Shown: one piece after another, positions 44,395-55,169 of the stretch
Numbering within the stretch: the stretch's first letter is position 1
Layout: each line of letters starts with the position of its first letter
Assembly (NCBI GenBank): GCA_041648975.1
Contig: JBAZNZ010000002.1
Coordinates: forward strand, 8,222-72,221
Direction of reading: 5' to 3'
DNA length: 64,000 nt
DNA from: Candidatus Omnitrophota bacterium
GTDB lineage: Bacteria; Omnitrophota; Gorgyraeia; 2-01-FULL-45-10
The notes under the pieces: model-generated
What the model saw: only the letters and a program-made list of their open reading frames with translations
Databases searched by the model: none
Told to the model about the DNA's origin: nothing
Made by a program: the position numbers and the translations under genes

Positions 44395-46053
44395 CTATTC
44401 GATCGATATATTCTCTTCGACCTTAAAATTATCCTGGAAAGTGAAGTCGCCGGACAGCTCCGGCAGTTTAAATTGCGTATCATGGGCGCCTTCACTTATC
44501 TTCTTCGCGCGATATCGTTCGAACTCCCCGCTTTTTACGACCTTCAAAAGCGGGGACCCCAGGAGTTGCGCCTGCCGTATCCAGCTGTATTCGCAATTCT
44601 GGCGGCAAAGTTCTTCTTCTATGGACTTTAGAAATCCTTTTTTCTCTTCAAGAGTGGGCACGCCGTCAAATTCCACTAAAAATATATAACGCGGCGGGTG
44701 GTCCCATTGGACGGAAGCGGAGAAGAGCTCCACTATCATCTTGTGAGCGTCGAGGGCTTTATTCACCGCCTCGTTCACCTGCGATTCGTATACCTTCTCT
44801 CCCGTAAGCGAAACGGCGTTAAGGCCTTTCTGCACGAATTCTATGACCGGCGTCTTGTTGAAAAAACCGTCGACGACAATAACGTCGTCTATGTTATAGC
44901 GGTATAACCCTCCGGGGGTGGTGACGACCAGCAAATATTCTCTGCCCTTTTCCAGTTCGTCGCAAAGAAAGACGCGCTTGTCCTTCTTTGACATATCTTC
45001 CCTGGGTATAAATTCATAAAAATTCGCGTTTATGGCAAGGACGCCTCCTGCCCCTTCATCGCTCATCGGTATGGAACTACGGGCTTCCGTGGAAAGGCAG
45101 CCGAAATCCCTTATAGGGACGTCCCCAAAATACTGAGGCAGCTCCTTAAGGTATATCTTGACCGTCCCGCCTTTCCAGCACTCTATGAGCTCCAGGCCCG
45201 GCCAGAAATATTTCGGCAATAGGGCCCCTCTCTCCTTCAGAATATCTTTCAGGACCGCTGCGCGCGCCGGGTTCGGCCTGAACGCCGCTTCTATCTCACG
45301 TCTTATATTCTCGGAAATATCGAATTCTTTATTTAAAGAACCGCGTTCGATATCGTCTATTATCTTATCTTTCCATATCTCTATTTTTTTGCACAGTAAT
45401 ACTAATGTGCTCGGGTTCAACGTTGCTACAGTCGTTATATTCTGCTCTATGCCGATCCTGAGTATGCAGTAATATCTCGCGTCGTAATCTTTTATCTCAA
45501 AAACCTGGTGCGGCAACGCGTAGAGGCTCTTAACGGCGATTGGCAGGTTCCTGTAACCGAACCCGCTCTCTGCTCCGTAAGGCAGCCCCGATCCCGTATA
45601 TCCTTCTATCTCGGGGCTTATGACGGCCAGCACCTTGCCGTCCAGGACGCGCGGATGATCCCTTGAGATATAATATGACCACAGGGTCGAAACCTCGGCC
45701 TTCTTCTCCCGCGAATAGCCGGTCACGGGGATAAGCTTTTTGCGGCTGGTAGTGCCGCTGGTGGCGCCGAAGAATATCGGCTTATCCACGGTCAGGACAC
45801 GATCCTCCCCTTTCTCCATCTTTTCAAGGTAAGGAAGAAAGGTCTCGAAGTCGTTCACGGGAACCGTATTCTGGTAATCCGCAATGGATCTTATACTGGA
45901 AAAGTCGTAACGCCGTCCATATTCTGTGTTACGGTTGCGCTTGAGGAACTCCAGAAGAATTTTTTTCTGGGCGCGCACAGGGTCTTTTGTAGACCGTTCA
46001 AACGCCATTGCCTTGAACGCCAATAGTTTGACAGCAAGATACGCTATATTCAA
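44395..46053 (-). CDS. GH3-family protein (auxin-responsive-GH3-like acyl-acid amido synthetase; adenylate-forming superfamily)
   Basis: 552 aa. N-terminal adenylation motif FGATSGTTSRKKLIPV. Overall GH3 layout (YGAESGF, C-terminal domain). Confidence 0.7.
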   Translation of the reverse strand: MNIAYLAVKLLAFKAMAFERSTKDPVRAQKKILLEFLKRNRNTEYGRRYDFSSIRSIADYQNTVPVNDFETFLPYLEKMEKGEDRVLTVDKPIFFGATSGTTSRKKLIPVTGYSREKKAEVSTLWSYYISRDHPRVLDGKVLAVISPEIEGYTGSGLPYGAESGFGYRNLPIAVKSLYALPHQVFEIKDYDARYYCILRIGIEQNITTVATLNPSTLVLLCKKIEIWKDKIIDDIERGSLNKEFDISENIRREIEAAFRPNPARAAVLKDILKERGALLPKYFWPGLELIECWKGGTVKIYLKELPQYFGDVPIRDFGCLSTEARSSIPMSDEGAGGVLAINANFYEFIPREDMSKKDKRVFLCDELEKGREYLLVVTTPGGLYRYNIDDVIVVDGFFNKTPVIEFVQKGLNAVSLTGEKVYESQVNEAVNKALDAHKMIVELFSASVQWDHPPRYIFLVEFDGVPTLEEKKGFLKSIEEELCRQNCEYSWIRQAQLLGSPLLKVVKSGEFERYRAKKISEGAHDTQFKLPELSGDFTFQDNFKVEENISIE

Positions 46054-46123
46054 ATGCCCGCCTTTTTTTGATTCATTATAGGTATTTTATCCCAATATAT
46101 CAAGAAATATCACAGCGCGCGCC

Positions 46124-46158
46124 AAAAAAATGGCAGGCTAAAAAATATAGCCTGCCAT
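46124..46158 (-). terminator. Intrinsic terminator after the 46182..46538 gene
   Basis: Perfect 10-bp stem ATGGCAGGCT / AGCCTGCCAT. On the minus strand it is followed by TTTTTTT. Confidence 0.7.
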
Positions 46159-46181
46159 TTCCAAATTACCTCTTCAAAGTC

Positions 46182-46538
46182 CTATTCTGTAACTGTTACC
46201 GACTTTGCCTTCTCGGTATTGCCTTCCTTCAGATATTCAACCACTACCTTCTGACCTTCTTTGAGTTGGTTGAAAGTAACAGCGTTGACCGTATCATCCA
46301 CTATCTTCACGGTCTCGGTGAACGGGAATATCCTCGTCTCGCCGGTATCGCTCTTAACGGTGAGTTTCTTCTCGCCGGTGACAGCCTCTTCAGTGGCGCC
46401 TACCACGGTCCCCACAAATACGCCGCCTGCCTCGATCACTACGCCAACCGGTTCGGTGGCTTTAAGAGTATCATCCTGTGCGTAACATACCGCGCACAGG
46501 CTGATCAACGCTAATAATGCGATAAAAGTCTTCTTCAT
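46182..46538 (-). CDS. Small secreted hypothetical protein
   Basis: Start taken at MKKTFIALLALISLCAVCYA (signal peptide). The track ORF extends to 46559. Gly/Val/Thr-rich mature part. Confidence 0.45.
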   Translation of the reverse strand: MKKTFIALLALISLCAVCYAQDDTLKATEPVGVVIEAGGVFVGTVVGATEEAVTGEKKLTVKSDTGETRIFPFTETVKIVDDTVNAVTFNQLKEGQKVVVEYLKEGNTEKAKSVTVTE

Positions 46539-46632
46539 CTGCTTGCTCACCCCCTTCAAGGTTTACTTATAATTGTAAAAGTATACCTTCAAGTTGTAAA
46601 AAAATCAAGTTTTTTTGGTCATCTAGCTTTTG

Positions 46633-47694
46633 TTAGGAATTAATCGCCCGCTCAAACGCCTTATGGTCGTTAACCTTGGTACTCGCCTCTTCGACGGTCA
46701 CCAATCCGTTCTTGCACAGGTTTTCGAGCGACTGGTCGAGAAGCTGCATGCCCTCCTGGCGCGCTGTCTGGATGGTTGAATACAGTTGGGAGGTCTTTCC
46801 TTCCTTAATAAGGTTCTTTACGGCGGGGTTGGCCAGCATTATTTCAAAAGCAGCTATCCTGCCGGCCCCGTCCTTCCGGCGCAGCAATGTCTGGGCAATT
46901 ACCGCCCTCAAACATGTGGATAACTGCATGCGCACCTGCGGCTGCTGGTGGGGCGGAAAGACGTCCACTATCCTGTCTACCGTCTGGGCGGCGTCGTTCG
47001 TATGCAGGGTGGCAAATACCAGATGGCCTGTCTCGGCCGCGGTTATGGCGTTGGATATAGTCTCCAGGTCTCTCATCTCTCCCACGAGGATGACGTTGGG
47101 GTCTTCCCTGAGAGCGTCCCTGAGAGCGGACGCGAACGATTCCGTGTCTATCCCGACCTCCCTTTGGTTTATTTCGCAAAGCTTGTTCTGGTGGACAAAT
47201 TCGATAGGGTCCTCTATTGTTATGACGTGGCGCTTAAAACTCGCGTTGATATATCCTATTATAGCGGCCAGGGTAGTCGATTTGCCGCTTCCGGTCGGCC
47301 CGGTTATCAATACCATCCCGTTAGGTTTTGCCGCCAGTTCCTTTACGATGGACGGCAGGCCTAAGTCTTCTATAGTAGGCACTTCGAAAGGGATGCATCT
47401 CATCACCGCCCCAACGCATCCGCGCTGCCTGTATACATTGACCCTGAAACGGGCTATGCCGGGCACCGAATATGAAAAGTCGAACCGGTGGCTCTCTTCA
47501 AATATCTTTCTCTGGCCTTCCGTCATGATGGAATACATATACTTCTCTATATCCTTTGAAGCCAGTATGCCGAGATCGGAGAATGATAGTTCGCCGTTAA
47601 CGCGGAATATCGGCGGACTTCCCGCCTGAAAATGCAGATCGGAGGATTTTTTAATAACCAGAGTGCGTAAAAGGATATCGATATTGATCGCCAT
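46633..47694 (-). CDS. pilT: Type IV pilus retraction ATPase
   Basis: Walker A GPTGSGKSTT, Asp box and His box. PilT-specific AIRNLIRE-like block. 353 aa. Confidence 0.9.
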   Translation of the reverse strand: MAINIDILLRTLVIKKSSDLHFQAGSPPIFRVNGELSFSDLGILASKDIEKYMYSIMTEGQRKIFEESHRFDFSYSVPGIARFRVNVYRQRGCVGAVMRCIPFEVPTIEDLGLPSIVKELAAKPNGMVLITGPTGSGKSTTLAAIIGYINASFKRHVITIEDPIEFVHQNKLCEINQREVGIDTESFASALRDALREDPNVILVGEMRDLETISNAITAAETGHLVFATLHTNDAAQTVDRIVDVFPPHQQPQVRMQLSTCLRAVIAQTLLRRKDGAGRIAAFEIMLANPAVKNLIKEGKTSQLYSTIQTARQEGMQLLDQSLENLCKNGLVTVEEASTKVNDHKAFERAINS

Positions 47695-47704
47695 CGCTCT
47701 CTCC

Positions 47705-48187
47705 CTATCTATCGTCCTTCTTTTTCTGTTCGGATCTAACGTCCTTTAAATAAAGCTGGCTCGGCAGTTCCCCTGCCTTCGCTTTTGCCAGAAGGTTATC
47801 CACCTTGACGATGAGGTCTTTTTTAGAAACCGGCTTCATTATATAATCGTCCGCGCCCATTTCAAGGGCCCGGACTATATCGCTGTCTTTGTCCTTAGCG
47901 GTCACCATAACTATAGCCATTTGAGCATTACCCGGGTCTTTCCTTAACGCGCCGCATACCTGGATACCATCCATCTCCGGCATCATTATATCCAGCAACA
48001 CCATCGCCGGACGCGCCTTACCAGCTATCTCTATCGCGTCTTTTCCGCTATATGCCTTCAACGCCTCGAATCCAAATACCGTCAGCAGCGTAACTAAAAG
48101 CTCCACATTTTCCTTGCCGTCATCCACGACCAAGATCTTGACCTTATCAGCCACTTTTTTCTCCTTGTAACATGTAATATTATACAC
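47705..48187 (-). CDS. Single-domain response regulator (CheY/PilH-like)
   Basis: Receiver domain with ILVVDD, phospho-acceptor Asp in LLDIMMPEMDG, and conserved Lys in YIMKP. Confidence 0.7.
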   Translation of the reverse strand: MYNITCYKEKKVADKVKILVVDDGKENVELLVTLLTVFGFEALKAYSGKDAIEIAGKARPAMVLLDIMMPEMDGIQVCGALRKDPGNAQMAIVMVTAKDKDSDIVRALEMGADDYIMKPVSKKDLIVKVDNLLAKAKAGELPSQLYLKDVRSEQKKKDDR

Positions 48188-48241
48188 CTAAAATGATCAT
48201 TTGCCAAGAGTAGCCAAAATTGTTACCAAAATTGTTACGGC

Positions 48242-49366
48242 ATGATATACTATTCCATAATGAACATCGCAAAAAACCTTGTAAAGATCTTCGTCGTCTC
48301 AGTGATCCTCATCGCGGTCACCATCGCTTTTATTTCGCTCTACATGCAATTATTCGGCAAGCGCGCTATCGAAGAGGCCGTCAGCAATATGCTGGGCTCC
48401 CGGATAAAGTTCACGGGCGTGGCGCTCGACATAAAGAAAAGCATGGTCAGCTTCCAGGGTTTTACGGTAATGAACAAGATGGAGTTCGAAGAGAATATCT
48501 TCATGGCCGATAAATTCACAGTATCGATAGACAGGGAAAAGTTCGAGAAAGAGAGGCAGCTCGTTTTTGAGGAGATACATATCGACAGGGGCACGCTGAC
48601 CATCGAGAGGAACGCTAAAGGGCTGCTCAACCTTGCCGCATGGCCCGTGTATGATCCTCCCGGTCAGGCGGGAGTCGCGTATGCCGCGGAGGCTCCGGCT
48701 TCAGGCGGCATCTACAATTTCGCGAAGAGCATAAAAAAGATAACCATATCGAATTCCGTGCTCAGGTTCAAAGACTACTACATATCCCGGGAACCATTCT
48801 CGATATACGCCGATAATTTTAATTTCGAATTCACGCCTACCGGGATCTCCCGGGAAAAAATCGGGGCTGACTGCAGTTTCAAACTCAGGATCCCCGTGCT
48901 GAATTCTGTAAACGGCAGCGCCGAGTTCAGCGCCGGCATGGCTATCTATCCTGAAAGGGTGGATATGGAAGCGGCTTTATACACCAACTATATAAACATG
49001 GCGCTCTTCCTGCCGTATTTCGACGCGTATACGCCGTTCTCCGTAAAAGACGGCGTCTTCAGTTCGGACACCCGGTTCCGTATGCATGATAACATGGTAG
49101 ATTCGCTCACAACGATATCCTTTCACAAACTGCATATCAAAGCCAAACCCGGCGCTGAAAATTCGCAGTTCCTGCAGACGTCTGTGAACAGGCTTACTCC
49201 ATATCTCATGTCACGGCAGGGCAACCTGATATTTGATTTTGTGATAAAGGGGCCGGCGGAGAAACCGGAGGCAGGGCTGGGGCCGCGCGTGAAGTACGCA
49301 ATCGGCATGGTAGCCCTAGAAGAATTCAGCAAGGCCATGCAGCAGCTGCAGAACCTCAAACAATAG
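48242..49366 (+). CDS. Hypothetical N-terminally membrane-anchored protein (AsmA/DUF748-like?)
   Basis: 374 aa. One N-terminal TM helix, then a beta-rich region. The family assignment is a guess. Confidence 0.35.
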   Translation: MIYYSIMNIAKNLVKIFVVSVILIAVTIAFISLYMQLFGKRAIEEAVSNMLGSRIKFTGVALDIKKSMVSFQGFTVMNKMEFEENIFMADKFTVSIDREKFEKERQLVFEEIHIDRGTLTIERNAKGLLNLAAWPVYDPPGQAGVAYAAEAPASGGIYNFAKSIKKITISNSVLRFKDYYISREPFSIYADNFNFEFTPTGISREKIGADCSFKLRIPVLNSVNGSAEFSAGMAIYPERVDMEAALYTNYINMALFLPYFDAYTPFSVKDGVFSSDTRFRMHDNMVDSLTTISFHKLHIKAKPGAENSQFLQTSVNRLTPYLMSRQGNLIFDFVIKGPAEKPEAGLGPRVKYAIGMVALEEFSKAMQQLQNLKQ

Positions 49367-49369
49367 ACC

Positions 49370-51340
49370 CTATTCGTATCGAAGGGCTTCGATCGGGTTG
49401 AGCTTGGAAGCCTGCCTTGCGGGCCAAAGGCCGAAGAGCACACCGATTACAACGGAAAATGTCGTAGCTAGCACTATCGAAAACATGGAAACCTTTATTG
49501 CCCATCCCGCCAAGAGAGCCAAAAGAAGAGCGATGCCTGAGCCGGTTATCACACCCACTATACCGCCGCTAAACGTCATAACTATCGCCTCTATCAAAAA
49601 TTGAATCATTATATCCGCATCGCGGGCGCCTATCGCTTTTCTGAGGCCTATCTCCCTTGTCCTCTCAGTGACGGATACCAGCATTATATTCATGATGCCT
49701 ATACCGCCCACCAGAAGCGATATCGCGGCTATGGATCCCAAAAGCCATGTCATAGTCTGTGTAGTCTTTGTCATAGTCTCCTGTATCTCAGCCATATTTC
49801 GTATCTCGAAAGAGTCCTCGGCGTCTTTACTGTTTAAACGATGGCGTTTTATTATAGTCTCTTTTATAAGGTCCTGCGTCTCGTCCATCAATAACGGGTC
49901 GCTTACTTCAACGTCTATCGAATCGATATATTCTTTGCCCAGGACACGGTACATAGCGGTCGTTACGGGTATCACCATCAGATCGTCCTGATCGCGCATC
50001 ATATTTGCCCCCTTGGTCGGCAAAACCCCTATTACCTGGAATATCACCTTATTCGCCTTAATAAAGGAACCTACCGGATTATCCTGCCCAAACAGCTCTT
50101 TTGCCACAGTCGCGCCTAACAGGGCCACCCGCGCCCGCGCTTTCAATTCATCCTCCGTAAAAAATCTGCCTATGACCGGAACAGAAGCGCGCATTTCGGC
50201 GTAGCCGACCCCTGTGCCCTGCACCTGCGTATTCCAGTTGCTATTTCCGTAAACAACCTGCGCCCTGCCGCTTACCGTGGGAGATACTCTCTTTGCGCTC
50301 GGGATCTTCGATATGGCGTCTACGTCCTGAAAAGTAAATCGCGTCACCGTCCCCGCTTCCAACGCCACACCGTGCGTCCTGTGGGAACCCGATCTCACCA
50401 TAAGAAGATTAGAACCCAAGGAAGCCAACGCTTTCGAGACAGACTCTTTAGCTCCCTGGCCAAGCGCGAGCATAGCTATTACAGCCGCCACTCCTATAAG
50501 TATTCCCAGCATGGAAAGGAGCGAGCGCATCTTATGAGAAATTATCGACCAGAAGGCCTGCTTAAAATGATCGACAAACTCCGCGCCTTTCAGGTCGGTG
50601 TTCTTTTCCGATAATATATCGTCTATAGGGATATTAACCGGGGCCGGATGGGCGTTTTCGCCCTTACCCTTTTGCGTTTCATCGGAAACGATCTTGCCGT
50701 CCCGCATCTTGATGATCCTCTTGGCATGTTCAGCCACTTCCTCCTCGTGCGTTACCATTATAATGGTCTTCCCTTGAGCGTTCAATCCTTCCAGTATAGC
50801 TATTATCTCATTCTGGCTCTTCGTATCGAGATTACCCGTGGGTTCATCGGCCAGGATAACGAGCGGCTCGTTCACAAGAGAACGGGCTATGGCCACGCGC
50901 TGTTGTTCTCCGCCGGACATTTCATTCGGCCTGTGAGACACCCTGTGTGACAAGCCCACACTCTTTATCTTTTCCGCCGCCCTCTCTTTTAAATGGCGTT
51001 TCCCGGCATATATTAGAGGAAGCTCCACGTTTTCAAGAGATGTTATACGCGGTAGGAGATGAAATTGCTGAAATATGAAACCCATCAACCGATTCCTTAG
51101 AACGGCAAGCTGGTCATCGTTAAGGCCGGTAACATCCTTACCTCCTAAATAATATTTGCCTGAATCCGGCCTGTCAAGAAAACCCATGAGATGCATAAGC
51201 GTCGACTTGCCGGATCCGGAGGGGCCCATTATAGCCAAAAATTCGCCGGCATCCACCTTGAGGGAGACGCTTTGCAATGCCGCCACCCCCACCTTGCCTG
51301 TCCTGTAAGTCTTTGATATGTTCTTCAGTTCTATCATATA
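49370..51340 (-). CDS. macB: MacB-type fused ABC ATPase-permease (FtsX domain)
   Basis: Start placed at [11 protein letters not shown], just after the macA stop. The track extends it to 51415. Walker [13 protein letters not shown] signature [16 protein letters not shown]-terminal 4-TM FtsX permease. Confidence 0.85.
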   Translation of the reverse strand, partial: YMIELKNISKTYRTGKVGVAALQSVSLKVDAGEFLAIMGPSGSGKSTLMHLMGFLDRPDSGKYYLGGKDVTGLNDDQLAVLRNRLMGFIFQQFHLLPRITSLENVELPLIYAGKRHLKERAAEKIKSVGLSHRVSHRPNEMSGGEQQRVAIARSLVNEPLVILADEPTGNLDTKSQNEIIAILEGLNAQGKTIIMVTHEEEVAEHAKRIIKMRDGKIVSDETQKGKGENAHPAPVNIPIDDILSEKNTDLKGAEFVDHFKQAFWSIISHKMRSLLSMLGILIGVAAVIAMLALGQGAKESVSKALASLGSNLLMVRSGSHRTHGVALEAGTVTRFTFQDVDAISKIPSAKRVSPTVSGRAQVVYGNSNWNTQVQGTGVGYAEMRASVPVIGRFFTEDELKARARVALLGATVAKELFGQDNPVGSFIKANKVIFQVIGVLPTKGANMMRDQDDLMVIPVTTAMYRVLGKEYIDSIDVEVSDPLLMDETQDLIKETIIKRHRLNSKDAEDSFEIRNMAEIQETMTKTTQTMTWLLGSIAAISLLVGGIGIMNIMLVSVTERTREIGLRKAIGARDADIMIQFLIEAIVMTFSGGIVGVITGSGIALLLALLAGWAIKVSMFSIVLATTFSVVIGVLFGLWPARQASKLNPIEALRYE

Positions 51341-51344
51341 TCGT

Positions 51345-52313
51345 TTATTTACCGCTCTTCTTGCGCTGAGGCATGAGAGGATTGGTGCCGATCTTAGAAT
51401 TAGCTTCAAGATCATATTTCTGGCTCTTTATCAGGACCGTATCCTGCTCCGAAAGACCGGAAACGATCTCTATATTTTTTTCATCGGCTATGCCGAGCTC
51501 CACTTTCCGCTCCACTCCTTCTTTACGCGGCCCTCCGGATACAATCACGTAAGCCGCTCCGTCCTTATCTTTCTTGACCGCCTCAAGCGGCACAAGAAGA
51601 GCGTCGTCTTTCGTCTTTTCCACTATATTGACGGTCGCGGACATTCCCGAGCGGAAGACTTGCGGGACGCTGTCAGGCATGACATCGACCTCGTAAATGG
51701 TCACGTTATTCACCGTTGTGGACTCATAATATATGTGGTCTACCTTCCCGTCCACCTTGATCTTAGGATACGCGTCAAGGCTTATCATAGCTTTTTGCCC
51801 CACGCGCACCCCGCCTATATCGGTTTCGTCTACCTGCGCCTGCACTATCAGATGGTCCGACAGGACGATAACGGCGTCCGACGAGGTGATCGTCTGGCCC
51901 GATTCGCAGGTGCTGACTATGACCTCGCCGTCTATCGGAGAGATCAGGGGGGCCGCTTTATACACTTCCTGCCAGTATTTGACCTCTTCAGGCCCTCTGG
52001 CTCTAGCGGCGTCCAGGAGCGCCGCTCTTTCGGTCGAGCTCATCCACGCCAACGTCTGTCCCGCCTTCACCATATCCCCTTCCTTGACCAGGATCTCGTC
52101 TATCCGTCCGTTTATCGGAGGCTTCACCTCCAGCCTGTTCTCCGGCTGGACCGTCGCTGTCGAAGTTATCATAGTCTGGATACTGCCGATCACGGGTCTC
52201 ACTTCCCTGGTGACTTCACCTGAAGATTTTTTATTTACCGCGAATAAAAATATCACCGCCAGGATGATTAATAATAAGCCAAGGTATAATTTCCATCTAT
52301 TAATTTTGATCAT
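51345..52313 (-). CDS. macA: MacA/HlyD-family periplasmic adaptor (membrane fusion protein)
   Basis: N-terminal TM helix, then biotinyl-lipoyl, beta-barrel and membrane-proximal domains. 322 aa. Confidence 0.8.
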   Translation of the reverse strand: MIKINRWKLYLGLLLIILAVIFLFAVNKKSSGEVTREVRPVIGSIQTMITSTATVQPENRLEVKPPINGRIDEILVKEGDMVKAGQTLAWMSSTERAALLDAARARGPEEVKYWQEVYKAAPLISPIDGEVIVSTCESGQTITSSDAVIVLSDHLIVQAQVDETDIGGVRVGQKAMISLDAYPKIKVDGKVDHIYYESTTVNNVTIYEVDVMPDSVPQVFRSGMSATVNIVEKTKDDALLVPLEAVKKDKDGAAYVIVSGGPRKEGVERKVELGIADEKNIEIVSGLSEQDTVLIKSQKYDLEANSKIGTNPLMPQRKKSGK

Positions 52314-53616
52314 AATCCAACGTTCCTCCCTTTGCCTGGATCCAATTGGCTTCGGCTATTAAAGAAGCCGCTTCCGACTCTACGTAACTCTTTTTTGCCG
52401 AGACAAGGTTGTCCTCTATGATTATCCAGTTATCGAACGACATCAAGCCGATTGAGTATTCGGCCCTGGCTATCTTTGCCCGTTCTTCAGTCGCATCCAG
52501 ATATTTCTTCCGCACCCACACGTTTTCGATCGCGTTCTGCAGGTTCGTCCAGGTATTCGCGAGCGTCAGGATCACGCCGTCGCGTCCCGATCTCTCATCG
52601 TCGAGGGCCTGGCCTAATACGGCCTTCGCCTTCGAAACTGCGGCAACCCTGTTTCCGCCGTCAAAAAGCGGCAGCGATATGCTACCGCCTACAGTCCATT
52701 CGTTCTTATCGGGCGGCCATTGCGTATTAGTATTATCCAATCCTCCGCTTAAATAAACCTTTGGAGCGAAGTCGGCGTAAGTCGATTTCAATCCAAATTT
52801 GGCGGACTCTCTCTTCTCGATGAGCTGCTGCAGGAGCGGGGTCGTCCGGGCTAATTCCTCGAAGTCGGGCCTCAACTCAACCTTATCCTGGACCTCAAGG
52901 CTTCCGTTCGCCGACATTGGAATGAATGTCGAGCGGCCCATCTCTTTCGTAAGCTGTCTTTGCGAATAATAGACGCTTCTCCCGGCCTGGTCGACATCGT
53001 AAGTAGCCTGGGCGACATCGGCCTCTGCGGTCATCAGCGACCCGCGATGCTCACGGCCGCCTTCATACCGCAGCTCGACAAGACGGAGGTTCTGCTTGCG
53101 CCGGGCGGCTATTTCTTTCGTTACCTTAACGAGTTCCTGGGCCTTGAGGAGGTTTGCGAAAGCGGCCCTCAGGCTTAGCCTTATATTAGAGGATGTAACG
53201 TCATAATTATACCTGGAGGATAATATATTCCTCTCCGCGGCGGAAAGATCAAAAGAGGTCTTGAACCCGTCGAATAACAGTTGCTCTCCTGTAATGCCGT
53301 ATTTGTAGCTTGTCTTGGGTTTAGCGCCTGTGGATGAATGGCTGACCATCGATGTACCTGTGCCGCCGCCGCTCGCCGACTGTGAGGTCGTCCTGGCAGC
53401 CGAGCCCGCTATTTGCGGCATTATAACACTCCTGGTCACCTCTTTCGACGCCTTGGACTGGTTCACCTGCTCCATGGCCGACATGAGGTTGGGGTGCTGG
53501 TTCTTCGCTTCTATTACGCAATCATACCATTCCATCGTCTCTTCGGGCTGCGCGATACCGAATGCGGCGGAAAAATGAATAATAAAAAATGATATTAAGA
53601 GTGTCCTCAATAGCAT
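52300..53616 (-). CDS. tolC: TolC-family outer-membrane efflux channel
   Basis: Signal peptide. Two-repeat OEP architecture. 438 aa. Confidence 0.8.
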   Translation of the reverse strand: MLLRTLLISFFIIHFSAAFGIAQPEETMEWYDCVIEAKNQHPNLMSAMEQVNQSKASKEVTRSVIMPQIAGSAARTTSQSASGGGTGTSMVSHSSTGAKPKTSYKYGITGEQLLFDGFKTSFDLSAAERNILSSRYNYDVTSSNIRLSLRAAFANLLKAQELVKVTKEIAARRKQNLRLVELRYEGGREHRGSLMTAEADVAQATYDVDQAGRSVYYSQRQLTKEMGRSTFIPMSANGSLEVQDKVELRPDFEELARTTPLLQQLIEKRESAKFGLKSTYADFAPKVYLSGGLDNTNTQWPPDKNEWTVGGSISLPLFDGGNRVAAVSKAKAVLGQALDDERSGRDGVILTLANTWTNLQNAIENVWVRKKYLDATEERAKIARAEYSIGLMSFDNWIIIEDNLVSAKKSYVESEAASLIAEANWIQAKGGTLDYDQN

Positions 53617-53705
53617 CCCGGCCTTCCCTCTCCTGCTTTTAATATCTGCATAGATAATATCACACTATTATTTATTAGACAATAATAGTATGCCGAAAAG
53701 TTCCG

Positions 53706-54374
53706 TTACTTCAGCTTTTCAGGGTGGTGTTTGACGACCTCGGCCTGGACCATATATATGACGTCTTCGGCTATATTTGTAGTATGGTCGCATATGCGCT
53801 CCAGGAAGCGGGCTATGAGCAGCAGTTGAACGGCCCTCGGGGCCGTAGAAGCATCTTTAACCATATAATCCTCTATCAACTCTTTTTGTATCGCGTTCCT
53901 AAGGCGATCGGCCTCGGAATCGGACAGCGCTACTTTTTTCGCCGACTCTATGTCCCCTTTGATGAACGCGTCTATCGCCATCCTCACCATGCCTTGCGCG
54001 AGGGCCGTCAATTTCGGTATATCCACCAGAGGTTTCAAGAAAGGTTTATCGACGATCTCCAAAGTGCGCTGGGCTATATCTACCGCTATATCGGCTATCC
54101 TTTCGAGTTCCGAATTTATTTTCATGGCGGTAGCGATGATGCGCAGGTCTTTTGCCATAGGCTGATAGCGGGCGATCAGGTCGATGCATCTTTCATCGAC
54201 TTCCAACTCCAGTTTATCGACAAACTTATCGGCATCGACCACGGCCTGGGCCATCCCTCTATCGCGGTTCTTCAGCGCCTCTATCGACTTATAGATGGCC
54301 TCTTCGGCATAAGCCCCCATCCTCAGGATCTCAATATTCAGCTCTTTCAGTTCCTGGTCCATGTGGCGTTCCAT
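53706..54374 (-). CDS. phoU: Phosphate signalling regulator PhoU (copy 1)
   Basis: 222 aa, two PhoU repeats. About 70 percent identical to the second copy at 61293..61970. Confidence 0.9.
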   Translation of the reverse strand: MERHMDQELKELNIEILRMGAYAEEAIYKSIEALKNRDRGMAQAVVDADKFVDKLELEVDERCIDLIARYQPMAKDLRIIATAMKINSELERIADIAVDIAQRTLEIVDKPFLKPLVDIPKLTALAQGMVRMAIDAFIKGDIESAKKVALSDSEADRLRNAIQKELIEDYMVKDASTAPRAVQLLLIARFLERICDHTTNIAEDVIYMVQAEVVKHHPEKLK

Positions 54375-54401
54375 ATCGATCTCCTTTTCCCTTTTTACTT
54401 T

Positions 54402-55157
54402 TTAACCGTATCTTCCTGTAATGTAATCCTCTGTCCGCTTATCGCGCGGAGCGGTAAATATCCGTTCGGTCTTGTCGAACTCCACAAGTTCGCCCAATAA
54501 CATGAATCCGGTATCGTCGGAGACGCGCGCCGCCTGCTGCATGTTATGGGTCACTATTATTATAGTATAATCGGACTTCAATTCACGCATTAATTCTTCG
54601 ATACGCATCGTAGCCTCCGGATCGAGAGTCGAACAGGGCTCATCCATTAACAGCACATCCGGTTTAACGGCTATAAGCCTGGCTATGCACAGCCTCTGCT
54701 TCTGTTCCAATGACAGGCCGAGAGCCGGCTTATTCAGCCTGTCCTTTAATTCATCCCAAAGGAGGACGCTCTTCAGGCTCTTCTCCGCTATATCATCAAG
54801 CTCATCGCGTTTTACGTTATCGGCGTGTATCCTCTCTCCGAAAACGATATTCTCATATATGGACAGAGGGAAAGGATTCGGACGCTGGAAGACCATGCCG
54901 ACTTTTTTACGCAGACGCACCAGGTCTGTGCAGGACTTAAGGATGTCCGCGCCGTCGATCAGGATCTCGCCTTTTGTCCTCACTCCGTCGATCATGTCAT
55001 TCATCCTGTTGAAGACCCGCAGCAAGGTAGACTTACCGCAGCCGGAAGGCCCGATCACAGCAGTGATATTCCGCTCCTTAAAAACCGCGTTCACGTCTTT
55101 TAGCGCGCGAAAGCTGCCGTACCACAAGTCCAGTTTTTTTATCGCTATCTTATCCAT
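54402..55157 (-). CDS. pstB: Phosphate ABC transporter ATP-binding protein PstB (copy 1)
   Basis: Walker [10 protein letters not shown]. PstB-type C-terminus. Confidence 0.9.
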   Translation of the reverse strand: MDKIAIKKLDLWYGSFRALKDVNAVFKERNITAVIGPSGCGKSTLLRVFNRMNDMIDGVRTKGEILIDGADILKSCTDLVRLRKKVGMVFQRPNPFPLSIYENIVFGERIHADNVKRDELDDIAEKSLKSVLLWDELKDRLNKPALGLSLEQKQRLCIARLIAVKPDVLLMDEPCSTLDPEATMRIEELMRELKSDYTIIIVTHNMQQAARVSDDTGFMLLGELVEFDKTERIFTAPRDKRTEDYITGRYG

Positions 55158-55169
55158 GATGTTTAGGCC

